Below are positions 28,975-42,135 of a stretch of 64,000 nucleotides of DNA, in pieces. The stretch spans positions 96,001 through 160,000 of the forward strand of contig CBDETY010000003.1 in assembly GCA_965243025.1 (NCBI GenBank). The letters are read 5' to 3'. The notes under the pieces are model-generated. The model did no database searches. It was not told the origin of the DNA and saw only the letters and a program-made list of their open reading frames with translations. Numbering within the stretch: position 1 is the stretch's first letter; every line of letters begins with the position of its first letter. The stretch comes from Candidatus Latescibacterota bacterium. Its GTDB lineage: Bacteria; Latescibacterota; UBA2968; UBA8231. The translations under genes and the position numbers were made by a program.

Positions 28975-30515
28975 CGGCGCTCCCCGGCGTAATGGGCGCA
29001 GATCGACCGCACGAGGGCGGGGATGCTGCTCTCGGGAGGCTGCAGGGCGGCCTCGAGCCCGAGGTCGCGGACCGCCTGCGCCGTGGTCGGGCCGATGCAG
29101 GCGAGGGCGGCTGCGGCCAGGTGGGCCATCCCCTTTTCCGGGCCGCAGACAGTGAGGAAGTTGCGCACCGACGAAGGGCTGGCGAAGACGATCATGTCGA
29201 GCCGGTTTTCGGTGAGGGCCGAGGGCAGCTCGACGGTTTCGGGGTCGGGGGGGCGGTTCTCGTAGGCGACGACGCGATGGACCTGCGCCCCCCGGCGCGC
29301 CAGCGCGGCGTCGAGACCGGTGCGGCCGATTGAGGATGCCGGTACCAGGAAGCTGGCCCCGGAAACCGCGATCTCCTCGAAGGCTGCGGCGAGCCCTTTC
29401 TGGGACTGCTCCCCCGGGACGAGGTCGGGCGCCAGTCCGCGGCGGCGCAGGTGCTGCGCCGTCGACATGCCGACCGCGGCGATGGAGCAGGGCCCGAGAG
29501 CGCGGGCGTCCTTTCCCAGGGCGGCGAGGCGGTCGAAGAAAAAGCTGACGCTGTTGGGGCTGGTGAACAGGATCCAGGCGAAATCCGGCAGGCGGCGGAG
29601 GGCGTTGTCGAGATCGCTCCAGTCCGGGGGCGGTCCGATCTCCAGCAGGGGCAGCGCCGAGACCTCGGCCCCTTCCGCCTCGAGCATCAGCTGCAGGCGG
29701 CCGGCCTGCTCGCGGCTGCGGGTGACGAGGATGCGGCGGCCGAACAGCGGCTTCCCCTCGAACCAGTTGAGCTGCTCCCGCAGGGAGACCACCTCCCCCA
29801 CGAGGACGAGGGTCGGCGACTCGAGGGACGCGTCTCTGGCCGCCTCGGCGACCCGTCCCAGAGTCGACACCACGGTGCGCTGGTGGGGCCAGGTCCCCCA
29901 CTCGATGGCCGCGGCCGGGGTTTCGGGAGTGCGCCCGTTCCGGGTCAGGGTGGCGGTGATCTCGCCGAGCTTGCGCGACCCCATGAAGACGACGAGGGTG
30001 CTGTCGAGCCGGGCAAGCATCTCCCAGTCGACCCCGGGGGCGCCGCGCGCGGGGTCCTCGTGCCCGGTGACGAGGACCGCGGCCGCCGAGACGTTGCGGT
30101 GGGTCAGGGGAATGCCGGCGTACGCCGGAACCCCGGAGGCCGCGGTCACTCCCGAGACGACCTCGAAAGGCACCCGGGCTTCGGCGAGGGCTACCGCCTC
30201 CTCACCGCCGCGGCCGAAGATGTAGGGATCTCCTCCTTTGAGGCGCACCACCCGGCGCCCCTCCCGCGCCAATTGAACGAGCAGCCCGTTGACCTCCTCC
30301 TGTTTCCGCGCGCCGCCGCCGCCGCGATGGCCGACGTACACCTTTTCGCAGTCCTCCCGGGCGAGCCTGAGAAGGCGCCGGTCGAGCAGGTCGTCGAACA
30401 GGATCACGTCCGCCTCGGAGACCAGGTGGGCCCCTTTCAGGGTCAGCAGGCCCGGGTCTCCAGGGCCGCCCCCGACGATGTAGACGGTTCCCGGCGCCGC
30501 CGGCGCGAAGTTCAT
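28971..30515 (-). CDS. cobA: Uroporphyrinogen-III C-methyltransferase / uroporphyrinogen-III synthase fusion (CobA-HemD)
   Basis: VGGGPGDPGLLT and RLKGGDPYIFGRGGEE, then PLFGRRILVTR, FTSPNSV, FASPSSV and CIGPTTA. Confidence 0.93.
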   Translation of the reverse strand: MNFAPAAPGTVYIVGGGPGDPGLLTLKGAHLVSEADVILFDDLLDRRLLRLAREDCEKVYVGHRGGGGARKQEEVNGLLVQLAREGRRVVRLKGGDPYIFGRGGEEAVALAEARVPFEVVSGVTAASGVPAYAGIPLTHRNVSAAAVLVTGHEDPARGAPGVDWEMLARLDSTLVVFMGSRKLGEITATLTRNGRTPETPAAAIEWGTWPHQRTVVSTLGRVAEAARDASLESPTLVLVGEVVSLREQLNWFEGKPLFGRRILVTRSREQAGRLQLMLEAEGAEVSALPLLEIGPPPDWSDLDNALRRLPDFAWILFTSPNSVSFFFDRLAALGKDARALGPCSIAAVGMSTAQHLRRRGLAPDLVPGEQSQKGLAAAFEEIAVSGASFLVPASSIGRTGLDAALARRGAQVHRVVAYENRPPDPETVELPSALTENRLDMIVFASPSSVRNFLTVCGPEKGMAHLAAAALACIGPTTAQAVRDLGLEAALQPPESSIPALVRSICAHYAGERR

Positions 30516-31456
30516 GGTGAGGCCGTGTCCTTGCGGCCCGCCCGCTCCAGCAGCCGGTCCGCTCCGGCTTCGAGCAGCTCGGCGGCCTGGTCGCGGCCGA
30601 GGGCGTCCGCGGCGTCGGGAAGGCCCTCGCCGGTGCGCCGCAGCAGCTCGCTGCCGTCCGCGGAGGCGACCAGGCCGTCGAGGAACAGCTCGCCGCTGAT
30701 CTCGCGCCCCCAGGCGGCGACCGGGGCGCGGCAGCCGGCGCCGAGGGTGTGGAGGAGGCTGCGCTCGGCCGCGGCGCCGGCCCGGGTCGGTCCGTGGTTG
30801 AGCTCGGCAACCAGTCCGCGGCGGGGGTCTCCCCGGCGCATCTGCAGGCCGAGAACTCCCTGTCCGGGGGCGGGCAGCATCTCGTCGGTGTCGAGGTAGG
30901 AGCTGATGCGGTCGAGCAGGCCGAGCCGCTGCAGGCCGGCGGCTGCCAGCACGACGCCGTCGAGGCCGTCCGCGCCGACTTTGCCTATCCGGGTGTCGAC
31001 GTTGCCGCGGATCTCCGCGAACCGCAGGTCGGGCCGGAGCGCCAGCAGTTGGGCGCGGCGGCGGGGGCTGCCGGTACCGAGAAGGGCTCCCCCGGGCAGC
31101 TCCTCGAGGCTGCGGTCCCCGGCGGTGACCAGCACGTCCCGCACGTCGGCCCGGGCAGGGGCGGCGGCCAGCTCGAGATCGGCGGGGACCGCTGTCGGCA
31201 GGTCCTTGAGGCTGTGGACGGCGAGGTCGACCCGACCGTCCCGCAGGGCGGTTTCGAGTTCCGCGGTGAACACCCCCTGCCCGCCGATCTCCGAGAGCGG
31301 ACCGCGGGAACGGTCCCCCTCGGTGCGGACGATCTCCAGCTGCAGATCCAGGGTGTCGCCGACCTCTTCCCGGAGCAGCGCGCAGACGCGCTCCGCCTGG
31401 GCGAGGGCCAGCCTGCTGCCGCGGGTGCCAACGGTGAGGGAATGCCGGGGGGCCAC
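30512..31456 (-). CDS. hemC: Hydroxymethylbilane synthase
   Basis: GTRGSRLALAQ, DLAVHSLKDLP, IRGNVDTR and PAPGQG motifs; start placed tentatively at GTG 31456. Confidence 0.93.
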   Translation of the reverse strand: MAPRHSLTVGTRGSRLALAQAERVCALLREEVGDTLDLQLEIVRTEGDRSRGPLSEIGGQGVFTAELETALRDGRVDLAVHSLKDLPTAVPADLELAAAPARADVRDVLVTAGDRSLEELPGGALLGTGSPRRRAQLLALRPDLRFAEIRGNVDTRIGKVGADGLDGVVLAAAGLQRLGLLDRISSYLDTDEMLPAPGQGVLGLQMRRGDPRRGLVAELNHGPTRAGAAAERSLLHTLGAGCRAPVAAWGREISGELFLDGLVASADGSELLRRTGEGLPDAADALGRDQAAELLEAGADRLLERAGRKDTASP

Positions 31457-31784
31457 GAGTGACGGGAAATTCTGCCGAAGGGAAGGAGGGAAGTGAGTCG
31501 CCCGAATATAGAAGCGGCCCCGGACCATCAACAGCTTTCGGCCCCTGGCCAAGGGGGGCTCTCAGGGCGAGGCCGAGTCAATGGCGGGGTGTAAGGCAAC
31601 GACCGTGATCGAAGCGAACCGCCGGGGGATTCGGGAGGCCGGCAACCTCAGAGTTCGGAACCCTCCGGAGAGCGCCGGAGAAGGGCCAGGCTCCGGGCAC
31701 GGACGAGCCCATGCTCCGGACACGAGCGGTCAGGTTCGCGGCCCGCAACGGACCGGCCGCAGCACGGACCCGCTATTTCATCGG

Positions 31785-32507
31785 TTACAGAAGAACCCCC
31801 GCGGCCTTCCTGCGGGCCGCCGTCAGGTGAGCGATCACCGTGTCGACGCCGGTGCCGTCGGCGATGCAGGCGAAGACGGTGGGGCCGTCCCCTCTCATCC
31901 TGCGGGCGTCCCGCGCCATCACCCCGAGGTCGGCTCCGACAAGGCGGGCGAGGTCGATCTTGTTGACCACCAGCAGGTCGGACTGGGTGATCCCCGGCCC
32001 TCCCTTGCGCGGTATCTTGTCGCCCCCGGAGACGTCGATCACGTAGATGGCGTAGTCGACGAGCTCCTTGCTGAAGTGCGCGGCGAGGTTGTCGCCGCCG
32101 CTTTCGAGCAGGAGCAGGTCGGGGCGGCAGCGCTCCATGAGGGTCTCGAGGGCGTCGAGGTTGAGGGCGATGTCCTCGCGGATCGCCGCGTGCGGGCAGC
32201 CGCCGGTCTCCACGCCGATGATGCGGTCGCTGTCCAGGGCGTCGTGGCGGACGAGGAAGTCGGCGTCCTCGCGGGTGAAGATGTCGTTGGTCACCACCCC
32301 GAGCTCCCAGTTCGTGCGCAGCCTTTCGCAGAGGGCCTTTACGAGCGCCGTCTTGCCGCTTCCCACCGGTCCGCCGATGCCGGCGGTGAAGGCGCGGCTC
32401 TGCAGGTCCCTGCGGTCTGCCATCCCCTCCCGGGCGGCGTAGGATCCGGGATCGTCGGGATGGCTGTGGCCGTGCCCGTTTTCGTTGTCGTGGCTGTGGG
32501 TGTGCAT
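31785..32507 (-). CDS. ureG: Urease accessory GTPase with a His-rich N-terminus
   Basis: [23 protein letters not shown] and NKID motifs; N-terminus [16 protein letters not shown]. Confidence 0.95.
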   Translation of the reverse strand: MHTHSHDNENGHGHSHPDDPGSYAAREGMADRRDLQSRAFTAGIGGPVGSGKTALVKALCERLRTNWELGVVTNDIFTREDADFLVRHDALDSDRIIGVETGGCPHAAIREDIALNLDALETLMERCRPDLLLLESGGDNLAAHFSKELVDYAIYVIDVSGGDKIPRKGGPGITQSDLLVVNKIDLARLVGADLGVMARDARRMRGDGPTVFACIADGTGVDTVIAHLTAARRKAAGVLL

Positions 32508-32620
32508 GTCGGTCTCCGCTGGTGTGCAGTTCAACTGTGGAAACAGGGTGAGTTCAGGCGCCACGGGCGATCGGTGATCTCGCAGCTGTGGATGGGCATG
32601 GCGATCTCGTCGACAGCGGA

Positions 32621-33358
32621 TCAGCTCTGGAACAGCCGCGAGTACAGGTGTCCGTGCGCGGCCTGCGCCAGGTCGAGCTGGGGGGCGCCCCGGCTCGCCT
32701 CCTCGCAGGGAATCAGGCGCGAGTCCCGGGCGGCCCTGGCGCACTCGGGGCGCAGGGAGGCGTGGCGCTCCACCGCCTCGAGGGGGCCGAGGATGCCGAG
32801 GCGTACCGCGGCCCCGAACTGGTCTCGCAGCAGCTGGTGCAGGAAAAGGGTGGCCGCCTCCTCCTCGCCGACCCCGGCGGCGCCGAGACAGGCCCCGAAG
32901 AGTATGCAGCCGTGGGGGGCCGTACCGGGCGTCGAGAAGAGGCGCTCGATGCGGCGCTGGCCCGGGCCGGGGAACAGCCGCGGGAACAGGCGCAGCCAGC
33001 CGCGCCCGGTCTTGAGGCTCGCCTGGCGCGCGCAGGCCGCGGTCTGCATGGCGTCGTAGCGCTGCGCCAGCTCCACGAGTCCGGCCCCCGGGGGCTGCGC
33101 GAGCCTCCAGGCTTCCCGCAGGAAGGGGAGATCGCAGGTGCCGGCGGTGCGCAGGGCCTGGCGCGCGAACTGGTGCAGACTGTCCCCGTCGGCGACCAGC
33201 CCCAGCTGCCGCGCCGCTTCCAGGCCCGCGGAAAAGGCGTAGCCCCCGGTCGGCAGGGCCGCGTCTCCGAGCTGCAACAGCAGCAGCAGGGGGTCCCCGC
33301 TATTGGCGGCGCCGGGGACCGTTCCGGGTTCCGTCTCGATGGCGGGGTACTGTGTCAT
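32621..33358 (-). CDS. ureF: Urease accessory protein F
   Basis: [21 protein letters not shown]; ends HLYSRLFQS. Confidence 0.92.
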   Translation of the reverse strand: MTQYPAIETEPGTVPGAANSGDPLLLLLQLGDAALPTGGYAFSAGLEAARQLGLVADGDSLHQFARQALRTAGTCDLPFLREAWRLAQPPGAGLVELAQRYDAMQTAACARQASLKTGRGWLRLFPRLFPGPGQRRIERLFSTPGTAPHGCILFGACLGAAGVGEEEAATLFLHQLLRDQFGAAVRLGILGPLEAVERHASLRPECARAARDSRLIPCEEASRGAPQLDLAQAAHGHLYSRLFQS

Positions 33359-33384
33359 GGGGTCTCGCTGAACTTCCGGCTGAC

Positions 33385-35097
<1,713 letters not shown>

Positions 35098-35113
35098 GCG
35101 GTCGTTCTCCGTT

Positions 35114-35881
35114 TCAGGTGGCGGGCCGGTCGCAGAGGAAGCCGCGCTCCCGCGCCCGGGACAGGGCCGGGCCCCGCCGCTCGTCGCTGGCCTCGCCGCC
35201 GGTCAGGCCGTTGCCTCCGAACACCCGGCGGCGCCCGTCGATGGCGACGAGGTCGACGGTCTTCACCTCTCCCGGCTCGAAGCGGACCGCGGTGCCGCTG
35301 GGGATGTCGAGGCGGAAGCCGAAGGCGCGCCCGCGGTCGAAGCTCAACTGCGGGTTGGTCTCGAAGAACGGGTAGTGGGACCCGACCTGGACCGGCCGGT
35401 CACCGAGGTTGGCGACCTCGAGCCGGACCGTCTCCCTGCCGCTGTTGATCTCGATCTCTCCTGGGGCCGGGACCACCTCTCCCGGAGCCGCCCCGGTGGA
35501 GTTGTCCGGCGACCAGGGGGCGGATGCCGTGCGTTCGAGGCCGGACCCGTGAAGGGCGAGCAGAGGGTCGCCGCGCCCGCTGCAGATCGGGTCGTGCACC
35601 GTCACCAGCTTGGTGCCGTCCGGGAACGTCCCCTCGACCTGCACCTCGCCGACCATCTCCGGCACCCCTGGCAGGACGTCGGCGGTGCCGAGCAGCCGCT
35701 TGCCCCGGTCCATGAGGTCGGCGACGCTGCCGCCGTCGCGGATGAACTCGAGCAGCTGCGAGGCGATCAGGGCCACCGCCTCCGGGTAGTTGAGCCGCAG
35801 CCCCCGGGCGTAGCGCTTCTGGCTGACGAAGCCGGCCCCGTGCAGGACGAGCTTGTCGATCTCCCTCGGTGACAGTCGCAT
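35114..35881 (-). CDS. ureAB: Fused urease gamma/beta subunit
   Basis: [26 protein letters not shown], then [21 protein letters not shown] in one frame. Confidence 0.95.
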   Translation of the reverse strand: MRLSPREIDKLVLHGAGFVSQKRYARGLRLNYPEAVALIASQLLEFIRDGGSVADLMDRGKRLLGTADVLPGVPEMVGEVQVEGTFPDGTKLVTVHDPICSGRGDPLLALHGSGLERTASAPWSPDNSTGAAPGEVVPAPGEIEINSGRETVRLEVANLGDRPVQVGSHYPFFETNPQLSFDRGRAFGFRLDIPSGTAVRFEPGEVKTVDLVAIDGRRRVFGGNGLTGGEASDERRGPALSRARERGFLCDRPAT

Positions 35882-35886
35882 GCGCT

Positions 35887-36785
<899 letters not shown>

Positions 36786-36789
<4 letters not shown>

Positions 36790-37763
36790 GACGGAGACAT
36801 CCCGCGGCCGCCCCGTTCCCAGGGAAACAGGAAGCGCTCGATCAGCCCGAGGACCTGGTCGGTGGTCAGCCCGATGATGCCGATCATGGCGATGGCGGCG
36901 AAGACGTTGTCGTAGTTCCGGTACTTCGCCTGCTGGTTGATGAAGTAGCTGATCCCGGAGCTGGCCCCGATCAGCTCGGCGACGATCAGGTAGGTCCAGG
37001 CCCAGCCGAGCAGGATGCGCAGGTCGCGGTAGAGCTTGGGCAGGATCCCGGGGACGATCACGTGCAGGATCAGCTGCTTGCGCCGCGCCCCGAGGGTCTG
37101 CGCCGCCTCGATCAGGGAGGTCTCGAGCAGGCGCGTGGTGTTGCCGACGACGAGCACCATCTGGAAGAAGGTGCCGATGAAGATGATGGCGACCTTGGGG
37201 GCGTCGTTGATGCCGACGAAGGCGACGACGAGGGCGCCGAACGCCGGCGCCGGCATGTAGCGGATGAAGTCGACGAACGGCTCGGTGAGGCGGGCGAAGA
37301 AGTGGAAGGTGCCGCACAGGATCCCCAGGGGGACGCCGATGAAGGCCGACAGCACGAACCCGTAGAAGATGACGCGGATGCTGTGGGCGATGCTCTCGTG
37401 GAGCCAGGGCCCGCCGCGCCGCACCGGCGGCGTCGCAAAAGCGGTGACGAAGGCCGCGGCCGCCTCGTGCGGAGCCGGCAGGTACACCGGGTTGCAGCGC
37501 CGCCCGGCGGCTTCCGCCCTGCCCTGCTCGCGCGCCAGGGCGTTCTCGCGGGCGAACAGCTCGCGGTCGACGCGCATGCCGGGCTCGAAATAGCCGATTT
37601 CCCCGGGGTCGGCCACCAGGATCTGCGGACTCCACACCCAGGGCACGTAGCTGACCGCCCCCCACAGCGACAGGGGGAGCAGGAACGACAGCAGGCCGAG
37701 TCCGAGGCCGCGCCGCGGGGAAAGCGGCTTTCTGACGGCGAGCCAGGGGCCCCGGTTTCCCAT
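36786..37763 (-). CDS. ABC transporter permease (NitT/TauT type)
   Basis: [18 protein letters not shown] and [11 protein letters not shown] motifs. Confidence 0.93.
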
Positions 37764-37771
37764 GGCGCGGC

Positions 37772-39643
37772 TCAGGCGAACAGTCTCTTCAGCTCGCCGT
37801 CGAGAGGCGCCTCCGCACATCCGGGAGGCAGGCCGAGACGGCGGCCGACGACGCCGAAGAAGAGGCTCCTGCGGGCGTCGTGACCTTGGAGCCGGCTCGC
37901 CAGCACGTCGGCGGCGGCCAGCCCGGAGCTCAGGGTGACGACGCCGGGGCGGGGCAGGAGGTCGTAGTTGCCCCAGCGGCTGCGGTAGAGACCGGTGCGG
38001 CCCCAGCGGACCGCGACGTTGAGCGATTCGGCCATCCCGTAGCAGTCGAACAGGGCGCCGTACATCAGGGCGAGGTCGCAGCATACCGAGGCGAAGCAGG
38101 CCGGATCCGGGCCGTGCCAGTCGCTGCGCAGCGGCGCCGGGATCAGCCCGAACAGGTTGGAGATGCTCAGCCGCGTGGCCCCCTTGAAGCGGGCGAACGA
38201 AAGCAGGGGGGCGCCGCGGTAGTCGAGCAGCAGGCGGGGCACGAAGCCGGCGAGCTCCGGGTGGGCGAGTTCGACGCCGGCGGCCCGCAGCAGGCCGTCA
38301 ACCTCGTCAGGGCCGGCGCACTGGCCGTCCCAGAACGCCTCGGTGACGTTGAGGTAATGGGCGCCGTGGCGGTCGATCACCTCCTGGAGGCCGGTGCGGC
38401 GCAGGTACTCCGCCTCCTGCTCCCGTATCCAGCGGCGGTGGCGGCGGCCGTCGGGCCACTCGATCCCGGGATCTGTGCCGTCGTTGCGGCCGGCGCTGTG
38501 CCCCTCGAGGAGGACGGCGCGGCCGTCGAGGGCGGTCAGCAGCTGGTCGAGGGCGACCGGGTCGGTGTAGGTGCCGGGGGCGTACCCGTGCCAGGTCACC
38601 TTGACGAAGACCGGGTCGCCGCGGATGCCGAAGCGGTCGAGGAGCTTTTCAAGGCTTCCGGTATCGAAGATCCTCGCTACTACTCCGGGGCCGTAGGCCA
38701 GGTCTTCGGGGATGCGGTCCCCGAGCTCGGCGACAGCGAGCCGGCCGCCCGGCCCGGAAAGAACGGAGCGCTGCATGCCGCCGGCGCCGCGGGCGTTGGG
38801 CAGGCGCGCCGACGCCCTGGAGCGGTGCGAGTTCCACAGCCTGAGCAGGCGCGCCTGCAGCCAGGCGGCGATGTTCGGGTGGCCGTCGGCGAAGTCCCCG
38901 ACCAGGCAAGGGGGCCCGGTGGGTCGGCCGGCGGCCCATTCCCGCACCCGCCGCAGGAACAGCTCGCGCGCCCCGGCCTCGGCGAGGATCGCGGGAACCA
39001 GCAGGCGCGGCCCTTCCCCTGCCTCGAGGACGGTCTCCAGCCCGGGGTTGTCGCAGTACAGGAAAGCCGCGTCCGCTTTCCCCGCTCCCACCTCCTCCCA
39101 GACCAGGCGCATGAGGCGGTAGACGCGGGCGCGGTCCGCGGCGTCTCCCTGGCCGCCGGAGACGACGACGAGATGGGCCTCGCCGGGCGGCACCCCGGCC
39201 CGGTTCAGGGCCTCAAGGGCGGAGTCGGCGAAAGCCCGCACCGGCAGCGGCTCGCACAGGTCCGGTTCGTCGCAGAAGATGCGGGCCCCTCCCGGGCGCC
39301 TGCGGGCGCGGGCGACGCTCTCGGCGAACGCCTGCCTGCGGAAGAGGTCGAACCCCGAGGTGAACGGCAGCAGGAAGAGCTCGTCGTGTCCCTGTTCGAT
39401 ACAGCCCTCCAGCACTTCGTCGAGGCCGGAGGCCCCGGAGTCGGCGCCGGATTGCCCAGCCTCCGCCATCGCAGCGCCGAACAGGGGGGCGTCGAAACCG
39501 AGGGCGGCGGAGGCTCCGGCCGCCACCGCTGCGGCGAGACCGCGGTCGCCCGCGGCGCCCGCGTCCCCGGCGATGACGAAAGCAGGACCGGCCGCGGGGG
39601 CCGCCGGCGGCGCGGTTGCGGGGGATGCGGCGGCTTCGCTCAC
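37772..39643 (-). CDS. Fusion of a CbiX-like chelatase-fold region and a DUF362-like domain, 623 aa
   Basis: [23 protein letters not shown]...PGL is CbiX-like; VFVKVTW..TYTDP..LEGHS and [14 protein letters not shown] are DUF362-like; GTGA overlap with the hydrolase stop. Confidence 0.6.
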   Translation of the reverse strand: MSEAAASPATAPPAAPAAGPAFVIAGDAGAAGDRGLAAAVAAGASAALGFDAPLFGAAMAEAGQSGADSGASGLDEVLEGCIEQGHDELFLLPFTSGFDLFRRQAFAESVARARRRPGGARIFCDEPDLCEPLPVRAFADSALEALNRAGVPPGEAHLVVVSGGQGDAADRARVYRLMRLVWEEVGAGKADAAFLYCDNPGLETVLEAGEGPRLLVPAILAEAGARELFLRRVREWAAGRPTGPPCLVGDFADGHPNIAAWLQARLLRLWNSHRSRASARLPNARGAGGMQRSVLSGPGGRLAVAELGDRIPEDLAYGPGVVARIFDTGSLEKLLDRFGIRGDPVFVKVTWHGYAPGTYTDPVALDQLLTALDGRAVLLEGHSAGRNDGTDPGIEWPDGRRHRRWIREQEAEYLRRTGLQEVIDRHGAHYLNVTEAFWDGQCAGPDEVDGLLRAAGVELAHPELAGFVPRLLLDYRGAPLLSFARFKGATRLSISNLFGLIPAPLRSDWHGPDPACFASVCCDLALMYGALFDCYGMAESLNVAVRWGRTGLYRSRWGNYDLLPRPGVVTLSSGLAAADVLASRLQGHDARRSLFFGVVGRRLGLPPGCAEAPLDGELKRLFA

Positions 39644-40809
39644 CCCTCTGCCCCTGCCGCGAGCTTGCCGCCGATGCGGCCGTTGTCCACCATCGCCGCC
39701 AGCGCGTCCATCATGGCGCGCACCCCGAGCAGGGCGGTGATGTCGGAGACGTCGTAGGGGGGTGCGACCTCGACGACCTCCATGGCGGCGATCCCCTCGG
39801 CGGCGATGCCGCGCAGCAGGGCCAGGGCCTCCCGCGGCAGGAACCCGCCGGGCTCGGGCCAGCCGGTGCCGGGCACGTACCCGGCGTCGACGGAGTCGAT
39901 GTCGAAGGAGAGGTACACGGCGCTGGCCCCCTTCCAGGCGACCTCGAGGGCGATCTCGAGGGTCTTGTCGATCCCCAGGGACTCGATGTCGTCGATGGTC
40001 AGCACCGTCGAGCGCATCGAGCGGCCGTGGCGCACCCCGGCGCGCGGCACCTGCCAGCCGCCGATCCCCAGCTGCACGAGGTTGGCGGGCGGGCAGTTGG
40101 GGATGCTGGTGGCGTGGAACCAGGGGCAGGTGTGCATGATCTCGTCCATGTCCCGCTCCTGGGTGTCGACGTGCCGGTCGAGGTGGATGATGCCGATGTT
40201 CCCCTCGACGCACTCGGCCACCCCTCGCGCGCATGGGTAGCCGATCGAGTGGTCCCCTCCCATGATCATCGGCAGGGTGTCGCTGCCGATCACGTGGGCC
40301 ACCGCCTTCGAGATCTGGTCGTGGCTCTTGGTGATGTTGGCGGGGCAGAAGACGTCCCCGAGGTCGCACATCTTCAGCGTCTCCCTCAGGTCGATTCCCA
40401 TCTCGAAGTTGTAGGGGGTGTAGAGGGAGGAAATGCGCCGCATGCCCTGGGGCCCGAAGCGGGTCCCGGAGCGGTAGGTGGTGCCGATGTCGAAGGGGGC
40501 GCCGAGGAAGGCGACGTCGTACTCGCCGACCCGGCGCACGTCCTCGAGGAACGGGCACTTGAGGAAGGTGTTGATCCCCGACCAGTGGGGCAGCTCGCCG
40601 CGCTGGAAGCAGCTGATCCCCTCGCGGTCCTCGATCGAGGGGGCCGCCTCGAGGCCGAGTTCGCGCCCCCTCGCCGCCTCGGTCCGCCACTGCTCGTCGC
40701 CGAGCCCGGCCTCGGCGTCCTGGGCCTTCCACCCCCGCAGCTGGGAGAGGTCGGGGACGTCGCGGCCGTGGCCGCGGAATCCGGGGGCGTGGTCCTGGTA
40801 GAAGGGCAA
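39640..40809 (-). CDS. gdmH: Ureohydrolase of the guanidine hydrolase (GdmH/Sll1077-like) clade
   Basis: RGELPHWSGINTF, YTPYNFEMGIDLRE, GGDHSIG, HLDRHVD, MHTCPWFHAT, GIGGWQVPR and PGTGWPEPGG match GdmH as recalled; TTG start after AAGGAGG. Confidence 0.8.
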   Translation of the reverse strand: MPFYQDHAPGFRGHGRDVPDLSQLRGWKAQDAEAGLGDEQWRTEAARGRELGLEAAPSIEDREGISCFQRGELPHWSGINTFLKCPFLEDVRRVGEYDVAFLGAPFDIGTTYRSGTRFGPQGMRRISSLYTPYNFEMGIDLRETLKMCDLGDVFCPANITKSHDQISKAVAHVIGSDTLPMIMGGDHSIGYPCARGVAECVEGNIGIIHLDRHVDTQERDMDEIMHTCPWFHATSIPNCPPANLVQLGIGGWQVPRAGVRHGRSMRSTVLTIDDIESLGIDKTLEIALEVAWKGASAVYLSFDIDSVDAGYVPGTGWPEPGGFLPREALALLRGIAAEGIAAMEVVEVAPPYDVSDITALLGVRAMMDALAAMVDNGRIGGKLAAGAEG

Positions 40810-40870
40810 CTCGACATCCTCCTTGGTTGGTGATTGGCGGCGCCGGCTCGGGTGTCCGGTGCCGTGCTCC

Positions 40871-41875
40871 CTACTCCTTCTTCGCCAGCTTCCCGGCGTA
40901 CTCCACGACCAGCGAGGGGTCGAGATAGGAGTCGACGGCCTGCGGCTTGTCGTACACCTTGTTGGCGACGTTGAACTCGTCGACTACTGCGCTCGATCCG
41001 TAGACCGAGCCGAGGCCCTCCGCCTTTGTGAAGCGCTCGACCGACTCTTCGAGGGAGAGGATGTAGGTTCCCTTGGTGAAGGGGGCGTACTGCTCCGGGG
41101 TGAGGCCGACCCGGGCGCTCATGATGCCGAGGGCCTCCTCGCGGTTCGCCTCGTCGGCGAGGTAGTCGACGATCCGGTACCAGACCCCGACCACCTTCAT
41201 CCAGTCGCCGCGGTTCGCCGCCAGGCTCTCGCTGCTGACGTAGAGCAGGTCGTAGATGATGCCCGGGGCGTCGGCGCTGGTGAAGACCGGCTTCGAGCCG
41301 GCGACCAGGTTGAGCGCCTGTCCCGAGTTGGGCTGCCAGGCGACGATGGCGTCGACCCCCTTGGAGGCCAGCGCCTGTGGGGTCTCGTGGGTCGGCATGT
41401 TCATCAGCTCGACGTCGGCTTCCTTCATGCCGTTTGCCTCCAGCGCCGTCAGCAGCAGCAGGTGGGAGACGAAGCCGAGCTCGACGCCGACCTTCCTGCC
41501 CTTGAGCCCGGCCACCGCGCCGATCCCCGGCCGCGCCACGACCATGTCGTTGCCGTTGCTGTAGTCGTTGAGGATGATCCCCTTGCAGGCCTTGCCGGAC
41601 GAGCCGATGACCATGGCGTCGCCGTTGGTCATGGCCACCGCGTCGATCTGGCCGGCGGCGAAGGCGTCCATCGAGGGGACGTACTCGAACCAGATGAACT
41701 CCGCCTCGACCCCCGCCTCGGCGAACCAGCCCTTCTGTATGCCGACCTCCCATGCGACCCAGCCGGGCCAGTCGCTGTAGCCGATCCTGAGCTTGGCGTC
41801 GAGGCCGGTGGCGGCGGTGGTGACGATGAAGCCGGCGGTCAGCAGTGCCGTCCGCCAGAGCCGTGTGCGTGCCAT
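40871..41875 (-). CDS. ABC transporter substrate-binding protein (probably guanidine or urea)
   Basis: Signal peptide; GYSDWPGW and DYSNGNDM motifs; first gene of the operon. Confidence 0.85.
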   Translation of the reverse strand: MARTRLWRTALLTAGFIVTTAATGLDAKLRIGYSDWPGWVAWEVGIQKGWFAEAGVEAEFIWFEYVPSMDAFAAGQIDAVAMTNGDAMVIGSSGKACKGIILNDYSNGNDMVVARPGIGAVAGLKGRKVGVELGFVSHLLLLTALEANGMKEADVELMNMPTHETPQALASKGVDAIVAWQPNSGQALNLVAGSKPVFTSADAPGIIYDLLYVSSESLAANRGDWMKVVGVWYRIVDYLADEANREEALGIMSARVGLTPEQYAPFTKGTYILSLEESVERFTKAEGLGSVYGSSAVVDEFNVANKVYDKPQAVDSYLDPSLVVEYAGKLAKKE

Positions 41876-41941
41876 GAAATCCTCCTTGAGAATGAATCCG
41901 CGGCGCGGAAAAGGCGTGTTGATGGGAAACGCGGGACAGTT

Positions 41942-41957
41942 TGCAAATCAGGGGCCA
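41942..41957 (-). promoter_or_regulatory. sigma54 promoter of the guanidine/urease operon
   Basis: Minus strand TGGCCCCTGATTTGCA (GG-N10-GC). Confidence 0.8.
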
Positions 41958-42091
41958 GACCGTTAGTCCGGTGTTCAGGAAACCGCCCGGCGACTGGCGC
42001 AACTGTTTGTCGGGGAAAGGGTTGTACCCGAGGTGTTTTTTTCGGGGGGTCGCGAAGGCTACCGGGGGAAGAGGCGATTGGCGATGCAGTA

Positions 42092-42135
42092 CGACATTTT
42101 TGTAGCAGGAAATCCTCGTTAAGACACTATTGTCG
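42092..42135. promoter_or_regulatory. Paired ACA-N4-TGT palindromes 30 bp apart; candidate enhancer
   Basis: CGACATTTTTGTAG (42092) and AGACACTATTGTCG (42122). Confidence 0.65.

Noticed and set aside
31560-31785. Riboswitch (guanidine-I/II or glycine) in the ureG-hemC gap
   Set aside because: Only short fragments (AGGGTTCCG, ACGA/ACGG) without the required stems, and not upstream of guanidine genes.
37772-40732. Extended ORF-track versions of several genes (986 aa here; also 27952..29901, 32621..34969, 52697..56224, 55549..59379, 56274..60215)
   Set aside because: Their N-terminal parts are off-frame readings of upstream genes; the real starts are at stop/start overlaps or downstream start codons.
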